Source: an uncultured Dehalococcoidales bacterium
GTDB taxonomy: Bacteria; Chloroflexota; Dehalococcoidia; Dehalococcoidales; UBA2162
Direction of reading: 5' to 3'
Length of the DNA stretch: 47,219 bases
Assembly (NCBI GenBank): GCA_964489895.1
Contig: CAZBAN010000008.1
Span: 1 to 47,219 of the forward strand
A program made the translations under genes and the position numbers. Shown one piece after another: positions 8,744-17,646 of the stretch. The notes under the pieces were generated by a model. It did not search any database, was not told the DNA's origin, and was given only the letters and a program-made list of their open reading frames with translations. How positions within the stretch are numbered: position 1 is the stretch's first letter; every line of letters begins with the position of its first letter.

Positions 8744-9382
8744 ATGGACTTTGAAGCTGCAAGAGCAATACTGGTCAAACACCTTGGCAATGAAATTAGA
8801 AGTGAGCGCGTGCTTGGGGCGATGTCCCGCGTGCCGCGTGAGTGTTTCGTATCACCGGGTGATAAACACCTCGCCTATGAAGACAGACCTCTACCCATAG
8901 GTCTGAACCAGACCATTTCACAACCACTCATCGTCGGCATCATGACTGAAGCCCTGGAACTAAACGGCAGTGAAAAGGTGCTGGAAATCGGAACGGGAAG
9001 CGGTTATCAGGCAGCTATTCTTTCCGAACTGGCCGATTCGGTAATCACGGTGGAGCGGCTACCGGAGTTAGCCGAGGCAGCAAAAACGGTACTGGACAGC
9101 CTGAAATATACCAATGTTAATATACACATCGCCGGAGAGACCCTGGGATGGCCCGAAGAGGCACCGTACGACGCCATAATAGTTACCGCCGCCGCGCCCA
9201 GAATACCCCCAGAGCTGGTAGCCCAGTTAAAAATAGGCGGCAGGCTGGTAATCCCGGTCGGCTCACGCTATACACAGGAGCTGTATAAAATCACCAGGCA
9301 GAGCAAGAAAAACAGGATACAGAACCTGGGCGGCTGCCGTTTTGTCTCCCTTATCGGAAAAGGCGCCTGGGAAGAAGAATAA
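8744..9382 (+). CDS. pcm: Protein-L-isoaspartate O-methyltransferase
   Basis: QTISQPLIVGIMTEAL and the SAM-binding VLEIGTGSGYQAAIL are present. Length and C-terminal LVIPVG match Pcm. Confidence 0.9.
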   Translation: MDFEAARAILVKHLGNEIRSERVLGAMSRVPRECFVSPGDKHLAYEDRPLPIGLNQTISQPLIVGIMTEALELNGSEKVLEIGTGSGYQAAILSELADSVITVERLPELAEAAKTVLDSLKYTNVNIHIAGETLGWPEEAPYDAIIVTAAAPRIPPELVAQLKIGGRLVIPVGSRYTQELYKITRQSKKNRIQNLGGCRFVSLIGKGAWEEE

Positions 9383-9411
9383 GTACGATATTTCTATCAG
9401 GGAGGGATGCA

Positions 9412-9990
9412 ATGGAAACTACCGAAGCTATCAGAAACAGAAGAAGTATCCGCAAGCTGAAGTCCGACCCTATTGACGATGGGACAGTGATGAAAGTCCT
9501 CGAGGCTGCCCGATGGGCGCCTTCCTGGGCAAATACTCAGTGCTGGCGTATGGTAGTGGTCCGCGACAAAGAAATCAAGAAGCAGCTTGCCGGTACACTA
9601 CTTTCGTTCAGAAGAGAGGGGGGCAGTTCTCCTCCCAGTCCGGCAGCACAGGCTATTGACAGTGCTCCGGTGCTGATAGTTGTCTGCGCCGAACTCGACA
9701 AGTCGGGTTGTTTTCCCGGAGGAGGACCGGCTACCGACAAAGGCGTATACTGGTATATGTTCGATACCGCCCTGGCAATGCAGAATATGGTGCTTGAGGC
9801 ACACGCCCTGGGGCTTGGAACGGTAATACTCGGCTTATTCGATGCCACAAAGGCAGGCGAGATTCTGGAGGTACCGGAAGGTTACTGCGTGGTGGCAATG
9901 ACGCCCCTTGGTTATCCCGACCAGGAACCGGCGCCTGTACCCAGAAAAGAACTCTCCGAGATAGTCTTCCATGATAAATTCGGCGCTTAA
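9412..9990 (+). CDS. Nitroreductase family protein
   Basis: RRSIRKLKSDPI...VLEAARWAPSWANTQCWRMVVV is the canonical nitroreductase N-terminal FMN-binding motif. Confidence 0.85.
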   Translation: METTEAIRNRRSIRKLKSDPIDDGTVMKVLEAARWAPSWANTQCWRMVVVRDKEIKKQLAGTLLSFRREGGSSPPSPAAQAIDSAPVLIVVCAELDKSGCFPGGGPATDKGVYWYMFDTALAMQNMVLEAHALGLGTVILGLFDATKAGEILEVPEGYCVVAMTPLGYPDQEPAPVPRKELSEIVFHDKFGA

Positions 9991-10539
9991 ATGAGCTATA
10001 AACTTTGGCTTCTCATTGCCGCTGCATTATTCTGTGCGGGTCTGGTTGCGGGACTCGCAGTCCCTGTCGACAGCGCCGGTACTACCATCGAGGGAATCAC
10101 CGAATTTGAAGAAATGGCTGAATTCATGTCGTCGTTTCCCCAGGCGGCTGTTTTCATCTTTATCTTCCTGAAGAACGTTACGGCTATACTGATAAGTTTT
10201 ATCCTCAGCCCTGTTTTCTGTATCGTGCCCGTGCTGGCTCTTCTTCTGAACGGCAGCATAATCGGTCTGTTATCAACTCTTGTAATACAGGAGAAATCAC
10301 TAGGCTATCTGCTGGCCGGTCTCCTCCCCCACGGAGTCCTGGAAATACCGGCACTTTTAATGGGTGAGGCGGTCGCTCTCAGCTCTGGACTGGCAGTCAT
10401 ACTGGTTCTTTTCAGTAAAGAAAGGAGAAAGCTTGTCCTGCCCAATCTAAGACATAACCTCAAGTATCTTCTGATATCACTGGGGCTGTTTTTACCGGCG
10501 GCTATTATCGAAACCTATATCACACCCCTGCTGCTGTAG
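9991..10539 (+). CDS. SpoIIM-family (stage II sporulation protein M-like) integral membrane protein
   Basis: The product is multi-TM, with PHGVLEIPALLMGEAVAL and a C-terminal AAIIETYITP, both characteristic of the SpoIIM/DUF95 family. Its start abuts the nitroreductase stop (TAAATG). Confidence 0.7.
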   Translation: MSYKLWLLIAAALFCAGLVAGLAVPVDSAGTTIEGITEFEEMAEFMSSFPQAAVFIFIFLKNVTAILISFILSPVFCIVPVLALLLNGSIIGLLSTLVIQEKSLGYLLAGLLPHGVLEIPALLMGEAVALSSGLAVILVLFSKERRKLVLPNLRHNLKYLLISLGLFLPAAIIETYITPLLL

Positions 10540-10661
10540 AGAGATAAGTGAGAAGGAATTCATACTGGCGGTTCTTTTCGCATCAGGTTGAGTGAATTAT
10601 ATACCAACTTCCCTTATTAGTCCTCTGCGGCTGTCTGAAATTACCGAAACTTAAATATTCC

Positions 10662-10813
10662 TGTCATTCCCGCCCCGTATCATGTACGGGGTAAACTCCA
10701 GCGGGAATCCAGCATCCGCCTTTGGCGGAATCTTCTGGATTCCGTGTCAAGCACGGAATGACAATTTTCGGGACATCCTGAGGATTCACCCTGAAGGGTC
10801 AGGGGTGAGGTAA
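10662..10813 (+). repeat. Composite palindromic intergenic element (GGAAT/ATTCC arms) ending in 12-mer copy B
   Basis: Perfect stems: tgtcattcc (10662-10670) with ggaatgaca (10755-10763); ccccgta (10673-10679) with tacgggg (10685-10691); ggaatccag (10704-10712) with ctggattcc (10735-10743); tccgcc (10715-10720) with ggcgga (10724-10729); attccgtg (10739-10746) with cacggaat (10752-10759). The element then ends in GGGGTGAGGTAA at 10802-10813. Confidence 0.6.
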
Positions 10814-10871
10814 AAACTAACCGCTAAATGCAGACAGAAACATACAGACTCATTACACGGGCTATATCAAC

Positions 10872-10900
10872 TTGCTGTGAGTATGGACTCCGATTATAAT
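10872..10900 (+). promoter_or_regulatory. Putative sigma70-type promoter for the EF-G paralog
   Basis: TTGCTG (10872-10877), 17-nt spacer, TATAAT (10895-10900). The RBS AGGTGA is at 10928-10933. Confidence 0.4.
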
Positions 10901-10937
10901 AGGAAAGGAATACAAAAAGAAAAGAGCAGGTGAATAG

Positions 10938-12998
10938 ATGAACCAATACGGACTGGATAATATTCGCAACCTTGTTTTACTGTCTCATAACGGCGCCGGC
11001 AAGACATCAATATCGGAAGCCGCCCTGTTCAGTTCCGGAGCAATCAGTCGCCTGGGCAAGGTTGATGACGGTACCACAACCTCCGACTACGACCCGGCTG
11101 AGGAAAAGCACCATATAAGCATTAACCTCTCGGTACTCCCCTGCCTGTGGAAGGACAATAAAATTAACATCCTCGATACTCCCGGTTATTCCGACTTCGT
11201 TGCCGAGGTCAGGGCAGGTATAAGAGTCTGCGAGAGCGCAGTAATCGCGGTTTGTGCGGCATCGGGCGTTGAAGTGGGAACGGAGCAGGCATGGGCGTAC
11301 TGTGAAGAAGCCAATCTACCCCGGCTCATTTTCGTTAATAAAATGGACCGCGAGAACGCGGACTTCAACCGAACGGTCGAAGAATTACAGTCAAAGTGCG
11401 GCTCGAAATGCGTACCGATTCAGCTGCCCATAGGTTCTCAAAGCGAGTTCCAGGGAGCAGTCGAGCTGCTGACAATGAAAAGCTATACCGGAACCGAAGC
11501 GAAGGAAGGCGAAATACCTGAATCGATGCAAAGTCAGGTGGATTCCTTCCGCGAGAAGCTGGTAGAAGCAGCCGCCGAATTCGATGACACTCTACTGGAG
11601 AAGTACCTCGGCGGGGAAGAGCTGAGCATGGAAGAGCTCAACAACGGCCTACGTCAGAGCGTTTTAAGCGGCAAGGTAGTGCCGATACTGGTCGGTTCCG
11701 CCCTGAAGAATATAGGAGTCGGAATGCTACTGGACGCCGTCAACAGCTACCTGCCGTCACCGGGTGAGCGTGATTTTGCCGTAATCGGGAGCTCCGGCAA
11801 AGAAGAAATTACAAAACCGGATAAGGATTCACCTTTAGCCGCTCTGGTCTTCAAGACCACGGCAGACCCGTATGTCGGTAAACTCACTTACTTCCGTGTT
11901 TACAGCGGCACTATCAGCAGTAACTCTCAAGTATGGAACTCGAACGAGGGTGAAGCGGAACGTATCGGGCAGCTATTTACCCTCAGGGGTAAAAATCAGG
12001 AGCAGGCGACCCAGATCTCTGCCGGAGATATCGGCGGGGTTGCCAAGCTCAGTATTACCAGCACCGGAGATACCCTGTGCACCCAGGATAAGCCGGTAAA
12101 ACTCCCCGCCGTTTCCTTTCCGGAGCCGGTCTTCAGTGAGGCGGTGTATCCCAAGACAAAGGCAGACCTGGACAAGCTGGGCTCGGCTCTGAACAGGCTG
12201 GCTGAGGAAGAACCAACGCTAAGAGTGAGCCGGGATGCGGATACCGGCGAGACCATATTATCGGGACTCGGCGAGACCCAACTGGAGGTTGCCGCCGAGA
12301 AAATGCAGCGTAAATTCGGCGTCAATATCAACCTTGAGACCCCGAAAGTCCCCTATCGGGAGACTATCACGTCATCGACCCAGGCGGAATACAAACACAA
12401 GAAACAGACCGGGGGTCACGGACAGTACGGTCATGTCATGCTGGAACTGGAACCTTTACCCAACGGAACCGGCAGCGAGTTCGCTGACAAAGTGGTAGGC
12501 GGTCGTATACCCAGGAACTATATACCCGCCGTGGAGAAAGGGGTAAACGAAGCTCTCCACGAAGGCGTGCTGGCGCGTTATCCTGCCACCGACCTGAAGG
12601 TGACCGTTTATGACGGCAGTTTCCATCCGGTAGATTCCTCGGAAATATGCTTTAAAATAGCCGGGGCGGGAGCGTTCAGGAAAGGCATGTCTCAGGCACA
12701 GCCTATCCTGCTTGAGCCGATAATGAACATCTCGGTGACCGTGCCAGAGGATTACACCGGCGACATAATAGGCGACCTCAATACCAAACGCGCCCAGTTA
12801 CAGGGCATGAACCCTGCTAACGGTATAAACGTTATCCAGGCACAGGTACCGCTGGCGGAAGTGCTGCGGTACGCAATAGACCTGAAATCAATAACCCAGG
12901 GTAGAGGCAACTTTTCCATGGAGTTCAGCCACTACGAACCCGTACCACAGTTGAATGCCCAGAAAGTCATCGCCGAGAGACAGGCTGAGAAAGCCTAA
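10938..12998 (+). CDS. Elongation factor G paralog (EF-G2-like translational GTPase)
   Basis: G motifs are GAGKTS, DTPGYSDF and NKMD. The domain IV loop is KKQTGGHGQYGHV and the tip is YDGSFHPVDSSEICFKIAG. The C-terminus VPLAEVLRYAIDLKSITQGRGNFSMEFSHYEPVP is colinear with my recollection of Thermus EF-G-2, including the atypical P-loop context SHNGAGKTS. It is not in an rpsL-rpsG-fusA-tuf context. Confidence 0.9.
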   Translation: MNQYGLDNIRNLVLLSHNGAGKTSISEAALFSSGAISRLGKVDDGTTTSDYDPAEEKHHISINLSVLPCLWKDNKINILDTPGYSDFVAEVRAGIRVCESAVIAVCAASGVEVGTEQAWAYCEEANLPRLIFVNKMDRENADFNRTVEELQSKCGSKCVPIQLPIGSQSEFQGAVELLTMKSYTGTEAKEGEIPESMQSQVDSFREKLVEAAAEFDDTLLEKYLGGEELSMEELNNGLRQSVLSGKVVPILVGSALKNIGVGMLLDAVNSYLPSPGERDFAVIGSSGKEEITKPDKDSPLAALVFKTTADPYVGKLTYFRVYSGTISSNSQVWNSNEGEAERIGQLFTLRGKNQEQATQISAGDIGGVAKLSITSTGDTLCTQDKPVKLPAVSFPEPVFSEAVYPKTKADLDKLGSALNRLAEEEPTLRVSRDADTGETILSGLGETQLEVAAEKMQRKFGVNINLETPKVPYRETITSSTQAEYKHKKQTGGHGQYGHVMLELEPLPNGTGSEFADKVVGGRIPRNYIPAVEKGVNEALHEGVLARYPATDLKVTVYDGSFHPVDSSEICFKIAGAGAFRKGMSQAQPILLEPIMNISVTVPEDYTGDIIGDLNTKRAQLQGMNPANGINVIQAQVPLAEVLRYAIDLKSITQGRGNFSMEFSHYEPVPQLNAQKVIAERQAEKA

Positions 12999-13019
12999 TA
13001 TAACACCCGTTAAAAAATC

Positions 13020-13045
13020 AAACGAGGGGCTGTTGCCCCTCGTTT
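13020..13045. terminator. Bidirectional intrinsic terminator between EF-G paralog and etfA
   Basis: Perfect 11-bp stem aaacgaggggc (13020-13030) with gcccctcgttt (13035-13045) and loop tgtt. An A-run lies upstream and a T-rich tract downstream, so a U-tract follows the stem on both strands. Confidence 0.7.
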
Positions 13046-13072
13046 ACTATTCCAGACCTGATTATGCCCATA

Positions 13073-14068
13073 TCAGGACACCAGCGCTTTGATTTTGTCT
13101 CTGAAAGCGGGGAAGACCTTTTTCCAGTCGCCGACAATGCCATAGTGCGCCATCTTGAAAATATTGGCCTCGGGGTCTTTATTGATAGCCACGATTGTCT
13201 TGGCTCCTGAGCAACCCGCCATATGCTGGCTGGCGCCTGAGACGCCCACCGCGATATAGAGGTCAGGAGTTACAATCTTGCCGGTGAGTCCCACCTGCGA
13301 CTTCTCCGGCATCCAGCCGTTATCACAGGCGGGACGGGTGGCACCCAGTGCACCCTTCAGCAATTTTGACAGCTCTTCCAGTTGTTTGAAACCCTCGTCA
13401 CCGCCTATACCCCTGCCGCCGGTTACCACCACCGTAGCATCTTCCAGCTTAACCCCTTCCACTTCCTCTTTAACCTTCTCCAGTACCTTCGTCTTTATCG
13501 CAGAGGGGTCTATTCCGGCTTCTATGGCAACGACTTCGCCCTTCCTCGAATCGTCCTTCTCCAGGGGAGTCATGGATTTAGCCCTGACGGTGACTATCTG
13601 GGGGTCGGTCTCCATGACGAAAACAGCCTGGGCGTTTCCTCCGTAAACAGGCTTGGTTTGAAGGAGTCTTTTTGAATCAGGGTCAATCTCAAGGTTAATG
13701 CAGTCAAGAGTAGCCGCGGTCTCCAGTCTGTAAGCAAGTCGTGGCGCGATATCGCTGCCGGACGACGTCTGACCCAGCAGTATAATACCGGGCTTTACTT
13801 CTTTAGCTACCTTTTCGGCAACCGCCACGTATGAATCAGCCAGGTAATCAGCGAGTAAAGGGTCATCTACCGTATATACCTTATCGGCGCCATAGGCAAT
13901 AGATTCCTGCGCAGAGTCAATCAATCCGCTGCCTATAAGCACGGTGCTTAACTCCTGTCCCAGCTCGTCTGCCAGCTTCCTGCCGCATCCCAGGAGCTCG
14001 GTTGTAATAGAGCTAAGATTTCCTTCAGAAACCTCTCCTATTATCATAATCCCTTTATTTTCAGCCAT
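13073..14068 (-). CDS. etfA: Electron transfer flavoprotein alpha subunit
   Basis: The C-terminal FAD-binding region is VVVTGGRGIGGDEGF...LGATRPACDNGWMP...QVGLTGKIVTPDLYIAVGVSGASQHMAG...IVAINKDPEANIF. Confidence 0.9.
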   Translation of the reverse strand: MAENKGIMIIGEVSEGNLSSITTELLGCGRKLADELGQELSTVLIGSGLIDSAQESIAYGADKVYTVDDPLLADYLADSYVAVAEKVAKEVKPGIILLGQTSSGSDIAPRLAYRLETAATLDCINLEIDPDSKRLLQTKPVYGGNAQAVFVMETDPQIVTVRAKSMTPLEKDDSRKGEVVAIEAGIDPSAIKTKVLEKVKEEVEGVKLEDATVVVTGGRGIGGDEGFKQLEELSKLLKGALGATRPACDNGWMPEKSQVGLTGKIVTPDLYIAVGVSGASQHMAGCSGAKTIVAINKDPEANIFKMAHYGIVGDWKKVFPAFRDKIKALVS

Positions 14069-14115
14069 CCGTTTATCTCCTTAATAGACACTGAGAATCA
14101 ATATGTAAATCTCTC

Positions 14116-14925
14116 TTATAATACTTTGGATTCCCTGAGTTTCATAGCCAGTTTTTCCGCTGCTTCTTCCGGACTTTCCCCTTCTATCATCTCACACTCG
14201 CCTTCACGTACCGGTTGAAATAGTTTTAGTAATTTAGTACGCCGACCGGAAGCACCAAGCTGCGCAGAGTCAGCACCTATATCTTCAGGTTTCCAGACAA
14301 TCGGTTCCTTTTTCTTTGCTGCCATAATCCCCTTGATGGTGGGGTACCGGGCTTCACCAAGCTCATTACTTACCGTAACCAGAGCAGGTAGAGAGACCTC
14401 GACAACGTCATAACCGTCTGAAGTAACCCGCTCCACCTTCGCGGTGCCGTCAGCCACGTCTATCTTCTTGGCTAATGTTACGGCGGGCAGTCCCAGTATC
14501 TCGGCAATACCCGCTCCAATCTGGCCGCTATCCCAGTCGGCAGCCTGCCTGCCGCAGAAGATAATATCATACTCACCTATCTTCTTTATCGCCAGCGCCA
14601 GGGCATAAGCGATAGACCAGCTATCGCCCTCGCCATAAGCTTCATCTTCCAGCAGCACAAGTTCGTCAGCCCCCATAGAGAGTGGCTTCTTTACCACGTC
14701 ACGTAGCAGGTTATTACCCAGCGATATAACCGTGATTGTACCTCCCTGGGCATCCTTAATCCTCAATGCCGCTTCCAGCGCATTCTCATCAAAGGGACTT
14801 ATTACCGGCGGGACACCCTGGGGCGGTATCACTTTATTAGCCGAAGTATCGACCCTGAAGCTCGCTGGCGGCGCTTCCGGGTCTATTACCTGCTTGCAGC
14901 AAACAATCATATTCATAACGGACAA
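14116..14925 (-). CDS. etfB: Electron transfer flavoprotein beta subunit
   Basis: IVCCKQVIDPE, NPFDENALEAALRIK-type motif (SPFDENALEAALRIK), CGRQAADWDSGQIG and PTIKGIMAAKKK are present. It lies directly upstream of etfA. Confidence 0.9.
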   Translation of the reverse strand: MSVMNMIVCCKQVIDPEAPPASFRVDTSANKVIPPQGVPPVISPFDENALEAALRIKDAQGGTITVISLGNNLLRDVVKKPLSMGADELVLLEDEAYGEGDSWSIAYALALAIKKIGEYDIIFCGRQAADWDSGQIGAGIAEILGLPAVTLAKKIDVADGTAKVERVTSDGYDVVEVSLPALVTVSNELGEARYPTIKGIMAAKKKEPIVWKPEDIGADSAQLGASGRRTKLLKLFQPVREGECEMIEGESPEEAAEKLAMKLRESKVL

Positions 14926-15031
14926 GCTCCTCCTGACCTGTTTTATTTACTCTCTGGGGAAACAATCCACATGAATAATAGCAATAATGCGGGGTATGCG
15001 TCAACCTGAAGATTAGTAAAATACACTACTG

Positions 15032-15442
15032 CTATTCATTCCCGGGACTGAGCCTGTCCAGAGGGAAGGGCGGATGCGCTACCGGGCGTACCGCCAGCGA
15101 TAAGAGGGCAAGCTCGTTGTCATCTCCGGCTATCCGGTTCGCTTTCAGAGTACCGCATCCAGTGCAGCGGTGTATGAGAATCCACTCCCCGTTTCTTACC
15201 GAAACAGCGATTGGCTCCATAATTCCGCCACACGAAGATGAACGGTCGCCGGTATCGGCATCCACATGAACGCTCCGCAGGCACCAGGGACAGTGGTTGC
15301 GGTGCCTGGTCCCCGGTGCTTCATTACTTACCACGCGTCCGCAATAAAGGCACACGAACCCGTTTTCCAGACTCTTCTTTTTTGATTTATTTGTCTTATC
15401 TCTAAATGGTTTCTCTCCATTCATATATACCATCCGTTTCAT
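15032..15442 (-). CDS. RNHCP domain-containing zinc-ribbon protein
   Basis: The literal RNHCP signature (TRHRNHCPWCLRSVHVD) is present, plus the Cys pairs CLYCG, CGG and CTGCG. The ORF track extends to a GTG at 15505. I prefer ATG at 15442 (GGAGAG 10 nt upstream) because a terminator at 15534-15556 and a promoter-like TTGTTA-17-TTAATA leave no room for the longer form. The start is uncertain. Confidence 0.7.
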   Translation of the reverse strand: MKRMVYMNGEKPFRDKTNKSKKKSLENGFVCLYCGRVVSNEAPGTRHRNHCPWCLRSVHVDADTGDRSSSCGGIMEPIAVSVRNGEWILIHRCTGCGTLKANRIAGDDNELALLSLAVRPVAHPPFPLDRLSPGNE

Positions 15443-15533
15443 TGATGCCCGTCTCTCCATGGAAAACAAGAACCACGGGAAATCGTACCCGTGGCTGTGA
15501 TTCACGTATTAAGCTATCTACTTCGTATATAAC

Positions 15534-15556
15534 AAAAACCATTCCCGCAGGAATGG
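15534..15556 (-). terminator. Intrinsic terminator downstream of prfA-prmC
   Basis: On the minus strand, stem ccattcc/ggaatgg (15539-15545 with 15550-15556) with a 4-nt loop is followed by TTTTT (complement of 15534-15538). Confidence 0.6.
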
Positions 15557-15711
15557 TAAGAGTAATGGGTTCTTACTGGGTGTGTTACCTAACCGGAAAC
15601 CTGCCGGGGTACGATAACGCTAAATTCTGTATATCTGACTTGGATTAACATTAACGCCCCCTGCCATACTTATTTTTACACTGGAGATAATACCATTGCT
15701 TTCAGGACAAG

Positions 15712-16554
15712 TCAAGAAGGCAACGAAAGAATAACCACGCGTTCAATGCCGGCAAGGTCGGAAGCAAGTCCTATCTCCGCACTGGTAAATGTATCATTTA
15801 AATATTCGGTCACGGCTTCCGCCTGCCCCTGCCCGATTTCAAGAAGCAGGCAACCACCCGGCTTCAGTCTACCGCCTGCCTCCCGGCATAAATGTTTTAT
15901 CTTATCCAGACCGTCCGCGCCGCCATTCAATGCCAGTGCAGGCTCGAAACCCTGTGTATTTACCCCCGCCAGCTCCGCTTCCCTGACATAGGGAAGATTG
16001 GCTACGATTAGGTCGACAGGTTCGGATAGATGCTCAATCATATCGCCCTGAAGGAGAGATATCCTGTCCTTTACGCCATGTTTTCGGCAGTTATAAGCCA
16101 CAACCTCGAGAGCAGCGGCTGATACATCCACGGCGTAAACCTTCGCTTCAGGTAAATTCAGCGCCAGGGATACGGCAACGGCACCGCAGCCGGTACCAAC
16201 ATCAACCACGCTGGACAGGGACCGCTTTCGCGCCAGCTCAAGAGCCTTCTCTACCAGCAGCTCGGTTTCCGGTCTGGGGATAAGCACATCAGGGTTCACA
16301 TAGAAGTCAAGACCGTAAAATTCCCTGTTTCCGGTTATGTAGGCGGCAGGTTCGCCTTCAAGGCGCCTCTGGACCAGGCTCCGGAACTCCTCATATTTGT
16401 CAGGGCTCAGTTCCCGGTCGATATCCAGGTACAGCCGGACACGGTCTATCTGCAAAACATGCCTTAAAAGTAATTCAGACTCCAGAGAGGAGTCTTCGAT
16501 ATTATTAGCGGCGAATATATCTCTGGATTGACTCAAAGCCTGCTTCAGGGTCAC
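15712..16554 (-). CDS. prmC: Release factor glutamine N5-methyltransferase PrmC (HemK)
   Basis: The SAM motif is [16 protein letters not shown] and the catalytic-site motif is IVANLPYV (NPPY-type). It has a 4-nt overlap with prfA. Confidence 0.9.
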   Translation of the reverse strand: MTLKQALSQSRDIFAANNIEDSSLESELLLRHVLQIDRVRLYLDIDRELSPDKYEEFRSLVQRRLEGEPAAYITGNREFYGLDFYVNPDVLIPRPETELLVEKALELARKRSLSSVVDVGTGCGAVAVSLALNLPEAKVYAVDVSAAALEVVAYNCRKHGVKDRISLLQGDMIEHLSEPVDLIVANLPYVREAELAGVNTQGFEPALALNGGADGLDKIKHLCREAGGRLKPGGCLLLEIGQGQAEAVTEYLNDTFTSAEIGLASDLAGIERVVILSLPS

Positions 16555-17621
16555 GCCAGCTGCTCCTGTAGCTGTCTTGCCCTGTCATCCGTAGCCAGAG
16601 CATCTATAAGTTCATCCAGTTCACCCTCAAGTATCCGGTCGAGGTTGTGAAGCGACATACCGATACGATGGTCGGTAACACGGTCCTGAGGGAAATTATA
16701 GGTACGAATCTTCTCGGAGCGGTCTCCGGTACCAAGCTGCGAGCGACGTTGTTTACCCAGTTCTTCTTCCTGTTTACGCTTTTCGACATCGAGGAGGCGG
16801 GCACGGAGGACTGCCATAGCTTTTGTTTTGTTCCGTAACTGCGAGCGTTCATCCTGGCAGACGGTGACTATTCCGGACGGTATATGGGTTATCCGCACGG
16901 CTGTTGCCACCTTATTTACATTCTGCCCTCCGGCGCCGCCGCTGTGGAATATATCAATCTTCAGGTCATCATTATCGATATCCACTTCCACCTCGTCAGC
17001 TTCAGGAAGTACGGCGACTGTTGCCGTAGAGGTATGAATTCTACCCGAAGACTCGGTTACAGGCACCCGCTGTACCCGGTGAACGCCCCTTTCATATTTC
17101 AGGCGGCTGAAAGCCCCTCTGCCTCTGATTTCAAAAACTACCTCTTTAAATCCGCCGATGCCGCTTTCATTGGCGTTGATGATTTCAACACTCCAGTTTT
17201 TTGCCTGGGCGTACCGGCTGTACATACGGAAGAGGTCGTAGGCAAACAGGCCTGCTTCATCCCCGCCGGCTCCAGCCCGGATTTCCATGATAATATCCTT
17301 TTCATCATTCTCGTCCCTGGGCAGGAGAGCGACTTTCAGCTCTTCGAGCAAGCTCTCGAGACGCGATTCAAGGTTTTCTATCTCCTGTTTCACCAGGGCT
17401 TTCATATCTTCATCCGGCCTGTCATCCAGCATTCCCTTTGTTTCTTCCAGCGACCTAGAGACCTTCTGGTACTGCCGGTACCTGGTTACCACGTCCTCAA
17501 TAGCAGCCCTTTCCCGTGCCAGTTTCTGCGACCGGTCGGGGTCTGAGGCTATTTCGGGACTGGCAATCCGCTCTTCTATCTCGCGGTATCTTTTTTCCGC
17601 CTGTTCCAGTCTTTCCCACAT
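16551..17621 (-). CDS. prfA: Peptide chain release factor 1
   Basis: The PxT-type recognition region ([23 protein letters not shown]) and the GGQ motif [13 protein letters not shown] are present. The length matches RF1. Confidence 0.95.
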   Translation of the reverse strand: MWERLEQAEKRYREIEERIASPEIASDPDRSQKLARERAAIEDVVTRYRQYQKVSRSLEETKGMLDDRPDEDMKALVKQEIENLESRLESLLEELKVALLPRDENDEKDIIMEIRAGAGGDEAGLFAYDLFRMYSRYAQAKNWSVEIINANESGIGGFKEVVFEIRGRGAFSRLKYERGVHRVQRVPVTESSGRIHTSTATVAVLPEADEVEVDIDNDDLKIDIFHSGGAGGQNVNKVATAVRITHIPSGIVTVCQDERSQLRNKTKAMAVLRARLLDVEKRKQEEELGKQRRSQLGTGDRSEKIRTYNFPQDRVTDHRIGMSLHNLDRILEGELDELIDALATDDRARQLQEQLA

Positions 17622-17646
17622 AGCACTTTTACTTCCAGGATAGTAA

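Noticed and set aside
10938-12998. EF-G-like gene considered as a Tet(M)/Tet(O)-type ribosomal protection resistance gene.
   Set aside because: It is 686 aa and has the EF-G domain IV loop GGHGQYGHV and HPVDSS tip. Its colinearity with EF-G2 fits an EF-G paralog better than the roughly 640-aa RPP family.
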